This document shows positions 37,861-49,967 of a DNA stretch of 64,000 bases, piece after piece. Positions within the stretch are counted from its first letter, which is position 1. Each line of letters begins with the position of its first letter. This DNA comes from Octopus sinensis (taxonomy: Eukaryota). Made by a program: the position numbers and the translations under genes. The stretch spans positions 11,036,001 through 11,100,000 of the forward strand of contig NC_043024.1 of assembly GCF_006345805.1 (NCBI RefSeq), given 5' to 3'. A model generated the notes under the pieces. It did not search any database and was not told the DNA's origin. It saw nothing but the letters and a program-made list of their open reading frames with translations.

Positions 37861-38892
37861 TCTCTATATATATAAAACTGAGAACGTGTGTCTGTCTGTC
37901 TGTGTGTTTCCCTAAAACTTGAGAACTACTCAACCAATTTCATTCAAATTTTACACATGCCTTACTTAAGGTCCATGTAGTTTCATGGGCAAAAAAAAGT
38001 TCAACCTCTTGGCTAGAGCGAGCCCATAGCAATATCATATTCTCCACTATTTCAGTATTACGTGTTAAAAGTGAAACAAAAACATTTCTCTATTTTATGT
38101 CTGATGCTTTCACTTTAACAATAAAAATAATAATAACAATAGAATTATATGTAGTAAGTAATAATTAAAATCAAACTAAAGTATAATATAATCGTAACAT
38201 AACAAAAGTAAAAATAGCAATTGGTATAAAATTGCATCAATGACTTGAACTTGAATAAGTGGTTTCACATGAATGGGAATTAAATTAAAAATATAATTAG
38301 CGTGCAGAAATGGAATAGTCCAGATGGATAATAAAAAAATTAAATTAAAGAAAAGACTATTGTCTCTAAAGTATACAATGTAGAGAAAAAAGATTTGAAC
38401 ACCTGGAGGAAAGCACCATCGAAAAGTGTCTTGGTGCGACTCTGAAAGATATCTAATCAGAGGCGGTAAATTCGCCACAATAGAAGTAAGGTTCGAGTCA
38501 ACGGAGCGTGCAAGGGAGTACTTGACTCGAACTTGCAAAGTGGAAATATTTTATTATTACCTTTATATCTGGAACGTAAGACGTCCCGGATAAAAATTTA
38601 AAAATGTCCCCCCCACCCAGCAGTAGAGGTAGGCTGGATTATAGCCACACTTCTATACAAGAGGGAGGACAAGATACAATTGATCGAAATTGCAAGAGAT
38701 GGGCCTACAATTCCAGTCTGTTATATATTTTGAGTATTGTTATCACTAGCGATATCAAGATATAACTTTGTGTTTTGTATTTTATGTGTAGATGTATATA
38801 TATATAGATGTACATGTAATATGTACACATATATATACACATATATACATGCACTAGCACTATGACCCGGCAACGACGGGTCATAATGCTAG
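37861..38892 (+). mobile_element. Non-autonomous Helitron of another family, containing a LINE-ORF1-like segment
   Basis: TCTCTATATATATAAAACTG start; 3' hairpin TATGACCCG-GCAACGA-CGGGTCATA then ATGCTAG|T. Confidence 0.75.
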
Positions 38893-39524
38893 TAATTTAA
38901 ATAGTTTGCTTTGCGGGAAGGACTGTTTCAACGAAGTTGTGTCCTGTCCTTACCTTCAAACGTGAAGTAGACAAAACAGGGACAACTGAAGAAGGGGAAA
39001 ATTCTTTGTGTTGTATTTCTTTGTACTCTGTTTTTTCATTGTTTGAAAAAAAGTTTGTTTCCATGGTTTTGTTTTTGTTTTCGTTTCTCATTGTGTTCAA
39101 CGTTTTTTTTAATGTCCTGTACCCATATATGCATCTATATATACATATAGATGTAGGTATGTACATATATGTATGTATATATGTGCATTTATTATATATA
39201 TAATATATAAGTATATGAAAGAATGGAGTTGAACGACTAGTTAACAATATCCTTTATTCTCGACATATGTTTCGAAGGCTGCATATGTCGAGAATAAAGG
39301 ATATTTGTTAACTAGTCGTTCAACTCCATTCTTTCATATACTTATAATTTTAAAATAAACATACAATTTCCGCACGAAGACACGTAGTCTATGCCCTAGG
39401 GACGTAGCTTCCAACCATGTTCTTTCTGATGTGAATTTGCTACCACAGGTATCGGTTATCTTTCGAATTATCCTTAATAAGATAATTCATTCAATTACTC
39501 AATATATATATATATTATATATAT

Positions 39525-39990
39525 ATGAACATCAATGGAATTTGTATCTTTGTGGTACCAGTGCCGGTGGCCACAAGAAAACCACCGAACGTGGCCGTAG
39601 CCTACCGCATCGACTGGCCTCCGTGCTGCGGGCACGTAACAAACACCATCCGATCGTGGCCGTTCGCCAGCCTCATCTGGCACCGTTTTCGTTGGCACAT
39701 AAAAACACCATCCGAGCGTGGCCGTCTGCCGCCTCGTCTGGCACCTGTGTCGGTGGCACATAAAAAACACCATCCGAGCGTGGCCGTTCGCCAGCCTCGT
39801 CTGGCACCTGTGTCGGTGGCACATAATCACCCACTACACTCTCGAGTGGTTGGCGTTAGGAAGGGCATCCAGCTGTAGAAACACTGCCAGATCTGACTGG
39901 CCTGGTGCAGCCTTCGGCTCCCCAGACCCCAGTTGAACCGTCCAACCATGCTAGCATGGAAAACGGACGCTAAATGAATGATGATGATGA
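39525..39990 (+). mobile_element. RTE LINE 3' UTR copy with about 5 subrepeats
   Basis: Same structure as 23368-23832; ends CATGGAAAACGGACGCTAAATGAATGATGATG. Confidence 0.8.
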
Positions 39991-40023
39991 TATATATATA
40001 TATATATTTATAAATATATATAT

Positions 40024-40089
<66 letters not shown>

Positions 40090-40572
40090 GTGTGTATGTG
40101 TCTGTGTTCGCCCCCTCCCACGCCATCGCTTGACAACCGATGCTGGTCTGATTATGTCCCCCGTAACTTAGCGGTTCGGCAAAAGAGAAATCGATAGAAT
40201 AAGCACCATGTTTTAAAAATTAAATACTGAGGTTCATTCATTCGACAAAAAAAAAATCCAAGGCGGCGCTCCAGCATGGCCGCAGTCTAATGACTGAAAC
40301 CAGTAAAAGATGAAATACCTCTACAGGTGGCGTAGATTGGAATTATTTTGGAATTTGTTGTGAAAAAAAGATAATAATTGGTAAACTTGAATTCATACAT
40401 ATTGACGTACATCACAATATTTTTTTCCAAAATTTTAAGCTTCATTTTGTAGATATGTTTACATATGGGATGTATTGCATAGGTATGTGCACTCACCAAG
40501 TTATTTCTGCATTAAATTCCAAAACAATCTTAAAATCTACACAATTTGAAAGGTATTTGTAGAAAATTTCCT

Positions 40573-40990
40573 GGATTTTTTCGGTTTGAACGGCAGTTTT
40601 TAACATAATTTCCACGTAACTAAAAAATTTTAAACTTCGTATACTGGTAGAATGTGTTTATAAAACATCTTTTTCTCTTGGGTTTATTGAGAACATTTTA
40701 TAGTTTGTAAGATATTTGCTGTTTTTTTTTCTTCAATTTCTGCAATTTCAACCAATCAATGACGTCTATTGAAGTAAAAAACATTCTGTGCCGTATGAAT
40801 ATGTCCCTCGTTTAAGAAACCGATTGGGTTTATTTACATTTGCGAAGAAAAAAGATACCCTTCCCCCCCACCCCTAACCCTAACCCTAAAATAGATTGAA
40901 ATGCAATAGATCGATACTAGGGTTATAATTATGGGTGACAATTTCATATGACACCGCTAGAAAAAACTGCCGTTCAAACAGAAAAGATCC
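40573..40990. mobile_element. Second copy of the 17849-18262 MITE
   Basis: Same TIRs and body; TSD AATTTCCT on both sides. Confidence 0.8.
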
Positions 40991-43039
40991 AATTTCCTTT
41001 AAAAATAGCCATTTTTCTGAAAGTTATGAGGAAACAAAATCAACGTATGTGAATTATTCACTCCCCAGAAATTTTTTTCGCAATAAAATCCGATATAATA
41101 ATAGGAATATGATTTGAAAAATATTTGTTGAAAATTTTATTTAAAATATCCATTTTTCTGAAAGGTATGAGGAAACAAAGTCGACCCGCGAATTATCCGA
41201 AACTCGCGGACGCGCGGCTTACTGGTTAAGGATATTCGGCTCAATCGTAAAGTCGTGAGTTCGTTATGCCCTTGCGTAAAACACTTTATTTCACGTTGCT
41301 CCAGTCCACTCACCTGGCAAAAATGAGTAGTACCTGTATTTCAAAGGACCGGGCTTGTCACACTCTGCGCCACGCTGAATCTTCCCGAGAACTACATTAA
41401 GAGTTCGTTAATTTCACAAGCTGGCTGTTACGTTGGTCGGATCAACAGGAACCCTCGTTGTGGTAAGCGACGAAGTGCCATTCCTCCTCTACTCCAAACA
41501 TTTTTTCACAATAAATTCCCACATATAATTGGAATCTACACCAACTAAGAGGTAATCTATATGAAATTCCCTTTTAAAAAACCCGTTTTCTGAAAGGAAC
41601 CAAGTCGGATGGGGCACGCTTGTGTAGGTATGCCTCGTCGTCTGCACTAGCTCTAGGTTGGCCGAAATATTGAGAGTGAAACAAAGCGGACAAAACCTAC
41701 GAGGGGACAGTTCGATAGAGTATATAAATTTGTAGGTGATAGATTTAACTGGTCCCCCAAACAGTGGGCCCTTTTGGCAGAGTAGTTGGCAGCAAGCATT
41801 TGAACAGAGGGTCCGGTCCGAATTTAGTAAGACCCTATTCTTTTACAAGACAACCTGTTTCCCAGACTCTGATGCAATGCCACGACGCTATTCTTCGTCT
41901 GACAAAGCGAAAATAGTAATAATTGTTATTGTAAATTAAAATTAAGATAAACCAAATCTTCATTTAATTTAAAATTCCAAATGAATTGTATTTAACGCAT
42001 GCGTACAATCCCGCACTTGTATCCTACATCTTGTCTTTATAAAAGCCGTCTGCTCTCTCTCTCTCTCGTTTGTTAGGAATTATAAGCACAAAGAACAGGC
42101 TGCTACCAGCACAGCACAGCACCAGAGCACTAATTAAAGCTGACTCGAGTCAGATCCGTGACGACAAACCGTTCATACATAGCACAGATACGATTTCTTT
42201 TGGGGTACGATTTATCCCATAAATTAAAGCTGACCCGGGGCACTGCGGAACTGGTCTCTGCAGAGAGGACAGCAAAAAGCTATTAGTCATATCCCTTAAA
42301 AGAAACCATCTCGGGCTTTAAAAAATTAATTAACTAATTGAAAAAGAAAGAACTAAAATTCAAAACACGTAAACGAACTGTCAATTTTAATAGTAAATAG
42401 TAATTAAAGAAATATATATAATTAACGAATTTATAATTGTGTAATTAACAAAGAAGCTGGTACATATATCGTTATCATCCAGGCTTTTGAAGTGTTTTCG
42501 TTTTTCGTGTTTGAATTCCAAGGTTGTTGGCTTTTCGTTGGACAGAAATTAATTGGTTTTGCTGGGAGGAAAATATAACGAATTAGTCTGAGTTTATCTT
42601 AGTTATTTAACTTAAAATTAAAAGTATTTTTACGGTTGGGGATCCGGGTGTTGATGTGTAATGACCAGAGGTGACATCAATTAATTACTTTTTTTATAAG
42701 ACGACGATTAATTATATTTTAATTCGCATAGAAAACCATCCTCGGCTGAAAACAACAACTTTGCATTCATCATCACATTGAGAACTTTTCGGCTAATTAT
42801 TATTGTTGTTAATTATTAGTAATTACAGCAAGCAAGCAGACAGACAGACAGAAAACAAAGCAAAACACACGGCACATATTGTAAGTTTTGTTTTTCTTTC
42901 TCTCTCAATTAATTTTAATGTAAATCGTCCCGTTTTCTAACAGGGTCAATCCATTGTTCTTTATTTATGAATATTTGTTTTTCTAATTTTACGTGTCTTT
43001 CTATCGATCTCACTCTAATCTGTCTGCATCTGTCTAATC

Positions 43040-43052
43040 TATCCGTCTGTCG

Positions 43053-43136
<84 letters not shown>

Positions 43137-43137
43137 G

Positions 43138-43170
<33 letters not shown>

Positions 43171-43249
43171 ATGTTTATCTATCTGTCTATCTATCTGTCT
43201 GTCTATCTAGCTGTCTATCTATCTGGTTATCTATCTATCTGTTTATCTG

Positions 43250-43343
<94 letters not shown>

Positions 43344-43464
43344 GTCTGTCTATCGGTCTATCTATCTGTCTATCTGTCTGTGTATCTATCTATCTGTCTA
43401 TCTATATGTTCATCTGTCTATCTAGCTGTCTATCTATCTGGTTATCTATCTATCTGTTTATCTG

Positions 43465-43543
<79 letters not shown>

Positions 43544-43645
43544 GTCTGTCTATCGGTCTATCTATCTGTCTATCTGTCTGTGTATCTATCTATCTGTCTA
43601 TCTATATGTTCATCTGTCTATCTATCTGGTTATCTATCTATCTGT

Positions 43646-43722
<77 letters not shown>

Positions 43723-43960
43723 GATCTGTCTGTCTATCGGTCTATCTATCTGTCTGTGTATCTATCTATCTGTCTATCTATATGTTCATCTGTCTATCTA
43801 TCTGTCTATCCATCTGTCTATTTATCTATCTCTATTTATCTTTGCCTGTCTGTCTGTTAATGTATATATATCTTTATTTATCTATCTATCTCTATCAATC
43901 TGTAACTGTCTATATTTATCCATCTGCCTATCTATTTCTCCATTTCATTTCACATCTGTC
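43040..43960. repeat. (TATC)n microsatellite
   Basis: Seen directly; source of the YLSIYLSI ORFs. Confidence 0.97.
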
Positions 43961-44369
43961 CATTCATCTGTATCTGTCTAATCTACATTCGTCATCTTTC
44001 CGAGTCGTCGTCACTGATGGAAGCAATGGAGATACATCGTGGGCGACGGCGTACCTCTCCTTTCTCATTTAACCCGGGTACCTACAGCCTACTCCGCGTC
44101 ACGTTCACCATCCTATCCCCTGCACCTGGGACCTTAAGCATAACCCCTACATCCTAAAATCAGTTTCCATCACTGGTCCCCCCGCCCCGTATCTTTCTCT
44201 CTCTCTCCCTCTCTCCCTCTCTTCTTTACCATTCTGTGTTTAACCATTTCGCTTTCGCTTTTGTGTTTGCATGTGTCTGTCTTCCTCTCTTCTTGCACGG
44301 TTCCTCTTCTCCCTCGCCTTGTGCTCTTCCTTGCTTTCTCTATCGTTGTATGTCTATCCACCCCTTTCT

Positions 44370-45040
44370 TTATGTATGTGTATGTGTGTGTGTGTATGTA
44401 TGTATGTATGTATGTGTATTATGTACGTATGTATGTGTATGTATGTATGTATGTATTATTATGTATGTATGTATGTATGTTATGTAGTGATGTATGTATG
44501 TATGTATGTATGTATGGTTATGATGTATGTATTATGTGAGTATGTAGTATGTATGTATGTATGTATGTAGTTTGTGTGTATGTATGTTTGTGTGTATGTA
44601 TGTATGTGTGTATTGTATGTGTGTATGTATGTATGTATGTTTGTGTGTATGTATGTATGTGAGTATGTAAGTATGTATGTATGTATGTATGTATGTATGT
44701 ATGTTGTATGTATGTATGTATGTTGTATGTTATTATGTATGGTGTGTGTATGTATGTAGTTGTATGTATGTATGTATGTATGTATGTATGTATGTATGTA
44801 TGTATGTGGTATGTATGTATGTAGGTATGTATGTTGTGGTATGTATGGTTGTGTGTATGTATGTATGTGTGTATGTATGTGTTATGTATGTATGTTATGT
44901 TTGTGTGTATGTATGTATGTGAGTATTGTAAGTATGTATGTATGTATGTATGTATGTATGTATGTATGTGTGTATGTATGTATGTATGTATGTATGTGTG
45001 TATGTATGTATGTATGTATGTATGTATGTGTGTATGTATC
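44370..45040. repeat. (TATG)n microsatellite
   Basis: Seen directly; source of the MYVCMYV ORFs. Confidence 0.97.
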
Positions 45041-45203
45041 TTGTTCGTTGCTTGTTCATTCTTTCATAGCTTCTGTAGGCTATCATTAAAGTTGGCTTGT
45101 TTCATAAATAAATACTCAACTCCCGTGCACCTACACACACATTTGATGATACGATCGGATAGAAATAAACTAAAAATTCGAGTATATATATATTTCTTTA
45201 TTA

Positions 45204-45436
45204 GGGTACTACTTATGAAAAGTGGTCCCAGTGCGCGCACTCGCACTAGCTAATCGTGACAAGTCGATCCTTACTTTGTGTTTTTTTTGTTTTATTTACT
45301 TTGTTTAAAAAAATTATTCATTTTGTGTTTTATTTACTTAGGTAGTCGTTGTAGGATCGACTAGTCACGACTAGCTAGCGCGGATGCGCCAGTACACGAG
45401 TGCGCGCACCGGGACCATTCTTCTTAAGTAGTACCC
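45204..45436. mobile_element. CpG-rich TIR element (MITE)
   Basis: TIRs GGGTACTACTTA...GGTCCC-GTGCGCGCACTCG; TTTATTA duplicated on both flanks (45197-45203, 45437-45443). Confidence 0.75.
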
Positions 45437-46001
45437 TTTATTAGCTACAAAACTACATAAGTGACTTAATCGCCGAAAGTTCCGCTCAGATCACTCACCA
45501 AACTTTTGGTCAGTGCCTTATATATATATGGGGTAATCTTGTCGTCTACGTCCGTTAGGAGAACGACCTTGACTTTAAGGTGAAAAAAACCACCAACAAC
45601 AGAAAGCAACGTGGGTCGTTATTGACTTGTAAACATTCTAAAATATATAGAACCATTTCTAGTGTATAAGTTCCTACTAAATATATTATACCATCAAACA
45701 ACAGGATTTTTGCAGACATTCGGATTGTTGTTTTTCCCGTTGTATATGTGACATACGCGAAGAAACCTCAAGGAGAGTAGGGTGTTTGTAAAGAGAAAAT
45801 TGAAAGAGATAATAGAGGGATGGTTGTGTGGTTGAGAAGTTCATTTTGTAACCAAATGGTTGTGGGTTCGGTCCCACAGCACGGCGCCTCAGGGAGGTGT
45901 CTTCTGCTGTAACCCTGGGCTAACTAAGGCCTTGGAAGTGTGAAATTTGTGGACAGAAATTCAGAAATTGTGTGAAAGCCCTTCGCGCGTGTGTGTGTGT
46001 G

Positions 46002-46077
<76 letters not shown>

Positions 46078-46741
46078 GTGTATGTATGCATGCGTGTATG
46101 TATGTGTGTATGTATGTATGCGTGTATGTATGTGTATATATGTATGTATATATATGTACGTATATTTATATGTATGTATATGTATGTATATATATGTGTG
46201 TGTATATATGTGTGTGTGTGTGCCTTTGCGTTTGTCCCTCTCCACCGCAACCTGTGTTGGTTTATTTATGTTCCTGTAACTCGGTGTAAAAAATAAGTAC
46301 TGGCTATAAAACCCTTCGAGGCAGTGCTCCAGCTTGTCCAGTATGCAGTCCAATGACTAAAACCAGTAAAAGATAAAAAAAACACAAAAAAAAGATGCTA
46401 TTTTTACGCCTATCTATGTCTACAAATGTACAAAAGAAAAAAAAAAACGTCTTTGAAACCGGAATTCGAGTCAGTATTCGAGGCAGTTGTGGCTAATCGC
46501 TGGAATTATGTGTCATATAAACTACCAGATATTTAATTACTCATTCAGCTGGACTCAGAGGTGTGGATTACATTGTTGAATCACTTGGCAACCACCGAAA
46601 ATATAAGGTTCATTATGATTTGTATTCGTTACTTTGTGCTGGCTGTTATATCGCATTTCTGTACCATTAGGTCAAGAACGTTCTTCACAAGAATCTTTTT
46701 TTGGCAACAACGTGTAGTAGATTAAGCAACACATCTTTATA

Positions 46742-47656
46742 TCTTTATATATAAAACTGTAGTTGTGTGAGTGTCTGTCCCCTTCGATTTAGATTCCTAA
46801 CTACTCCCACATTTTGCGGTGCAGTTTAACCAAATTCGGGTATCTTATAGTCGTGATTATTATCGAGCCCGTCTGGGTATTAGCGCGCGTCTACGATGAG
46901 TCTACGATTTTAAAAATAATTTAACATCATTTTTTATTCCATTTTAATGCATAAAATGCATCGTGTGTCGATGGCGGCGGAGTTGGCGTCCATGGTCACA
47001 CCTGCACCTGTGTTGCTTCTCCCCCTTCTTCCCTCCCTCGTGAAGCTGTGGGGAAGGGAGTGTAAGGAAATCAACGTCGTAAAGCGTTGTCAAGGAGACC
47101 AGCGTTCTTTTAGAACAACGACTTCATGACTTGAAGACACCAAAACAGAAATCGCTAAAAAAGCTGAAACAGGTCCACAAAAACGGCAAAAACCGCCACA
47201 CGGGGCAGGTTTCCTGTGCAAACAATTTGCACAACCGAATGTTTTAGTTGTTGCACAAATCTTTATATATAAAAGTAAGGTTGTGTGTCTGTCCCCTTCG
47301 ATTTAGATTCCTAACTACTCCCACATTTTGCGGTGCAGTTTAACCAAAACCGGTTATCTTATAGTCGTGATTCATATCGAGCCCTTCTGGGTATTAGTGC
47401 GCGTCTACGATGAGTCTACGATTAAAAAAAAAATTTACCATCATTTTTTTCCATTTTAATGCACTTTTCGCTATTATATAAGGGAAGTAACTCTCTAAAA
47501 ATGTCTACGATGAGTCAACGATTTAAAAAAAAAATTACCATCATTTTTTACCCATTTTAAATGCATTTTTTTGCTACTTTTTGGCTATAACTCTCTAAAA
47601 ATGCTTATATAGTTATTTCCCTTACAAACCCGAGCAACACCGGGCGATACTGCTAG
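46742..47656 (+). mobile_element. Non-autonomous Helitron, composite (two 5' modules, one 3' end)
   Basis: A|TC..TATATATAAAACTG start; second similar start at about 47262; 3' hairpin CCCG-AGCAACAC-CGGG then CTAG|T; no TSD. Confidence 0.85.
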
Positions 47657-47900
47657 TACAAGCTATTTGCTATTTCGAATGGAATGGCCTGGTCTGGTCT
47701 TTTTTCCTCTTTATTGTCTATTTTCTTCTTCGTTTTCCGTTCTTCGATATTGCACTCTTTATCCCGAAGATGGACAAAAAACCGAAACGTCGTTATTTTC
47801 TCTTTACGCTTCTCCGAGCTCAACTTAATAACTGTGATTTTGAACCTGTCCTGTCTTGGTCTCTCTCTCTTCCCTCTGAGTATTGTCTGTATATACATCT

Positions 47901-47994
<94 letters not shown>

Positions 47995-47998
<4 letters not shown>

Positions 47999-48440
47999 TA
48001 AATAAAACATATGCATATATATATACATATATGTACGTACCAACCTCTACATGTATATATAGACGCATATATGAGTACAGGATACCAAAAGGACGTCGAA
48101 CACAATGAGAAACGAAAACATAGACACAAACCAAAGGAACTGGACATTTTTTTAAACAACAAAAAAATAGAATACAGGACAATTAACACAAAGAAAAAAA
48201 CCCCTTCTTCAGTCGCCATGGTTTCATCTACTCTACGTTTCTGTATAAAGTCAATCCAAACATGAAAACACAAAGAGAAAACACAACAACGCGAGGACGT
48301 GGAACAAGTATAGTATTATTGGACGCTCAGGAAAGAAGGAGGATTTAACGTTTTGAGCGGAGCTCTTCGTCAGAAACATAGGAAAAGGGAAGATCCAAAG
48401 AAGGGAAGACGGAGGAAAAAAGAACGCCAACGGTACACAC
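47995..48440 (-). mobile_element. Penelope-like element remnant carrying a minimal hammerhead-like motif
   Basis: 47995-48230 is near-identical to 1335-1575; minus strand 48377-48343 reads GTTT-CTGACGA-A-GAGC-tcc-GCTC-AAAAC-GTT-AAAT. Confidence 0.55.
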
Positions 48441-48842
48441 GCGGTCACATTTTGAATGTGAAAAAATATATATATATATATAGATATATATATATATATA
48501 CATATAAGACTCCTTTCGGTCATGACTGACCGTGGGATTGCACCTAGAAGGTTACCCTCCGGGCAAGGTTGTTTATGGAAGACCAGCAGTCACCCATGCA
48601 TACTGGCCGCCCCTCTCCACGCCACCAATGTTATCCAAGGGAAAGACAAAGGTCGATACAGCTTGGCACCAGTGACGTCGCAACTCATTTCTACAGCTGA
48701 GTGAACTGGAGCAACGTGAAATAAAGTGCCTTGCTCAAGAACACAACACGCAGCCCGGTCCGGGATTCGAACTCACAACCTCACGATCGTAAGCTCGACG
48801 CTCTAACCACTGAGCCATGCGCCTTTACTCTCTCTCTCTCCC

Positions 48843-49022
<180 letters not shown>

Positions 49023-49967
49023 ACAGGAATATTTTAACTGCGGAAATCCATTAAATAAACAGCAACTCATTAAAACACACAACATACTGTTTCAGTAAAA
49101 TTGATAAGAAACAACTCTCTCTCTCTATCTTTATACAATTGCCATTAATCGGTAAGATTAGATTAAAGGATTACCGTAATACGATTATAGATGAACAGTG
49201 TTAATAAAGATCATAAAATGCTGAATTCTGGTTAAAGCACCTCTTTTACTCTTTTACTTGCTTCAGTCATTTGACTGCGGCCATGCTGGAGCACCGCCTT
49301 TAGTCGAGCAAATCGACCCGGGGACTTATTCTTTGTAAGCCCAGTTCTTATTCTATCGGTCTCTTTTGCCGAACCTCTAAGTGACGGGGACGTAAACACA
49401 CCAGCATCGGTTGTCAAGCAATGCTAGGGGGACAAACACAGACACACAAACACACACATACATATATATACATATATACGACGGGCTTCTTTCAGTTTCC
49501 GTCTACCAAATCCACTCACAAGGCATTGGTCGGCCCGGGGCTATAGCAGAAGACACTTGCCCAAGATGCCACGCAGTGGGACTGAACCCGGAACCATGTG
49601 GTTGGTTAGCAAGCTACATACCACACAGCCACTCCTGTAATTTTTTTTGCTTTGGAATTCTCAGAAATTTTTTTTTACAAATTTGTGTTCTTCAAACGGG
49701 AATTCATACGATTATGAAATAGAAAATTAAAGAAAAAATTTCCACTCTTTTCGAATTTTTTTTAAAAAGCAGCGCTTAAAATGCGGACAGTTCAATTTTT
49801 TTTCTTAAATCTCAGCAGCGGACTACCTTTGGGTACATCATCATTCCATTAAAATATATATATATATATGGGGAGAAAAATTATGAAAAAAATAAATACA
49901 TGTCTGAGTGGCGAAGAAACGAGAAAGTTATGAGGGTCATATAGGGTTTGCTTAAACCAGAATTCCT

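Noticed and set aside
40870-40890. Telomere or chromosome-fusion site
   Set aside because: Only three repeats, internal to a MITE present twice in the window.
41736-41939. Possible exon VIDLTGPPNSGPFWQSSWQQAFEQRV after TTTGTAG
   Set aside because: No recognisable homology, no convincing donor and no partner exons; kept only as part of the regulatory-island finding.
42967-45253. Long ORFs (YLSI and MYVC repeats, up to 230 aa)
   Set aside because: Translations of (TATC)n and (TATG)n microsatellites; the same applies to 31491-31987, 32712-33242, 35217-35608 and 45924-46353.
48755-48824. tRNA gene (also the heads of SINE A, B and D)
   Set aside because: A- and B-box-like heads run directly into multi-copy SINE bodies, and no complete acceptor stem was seen.
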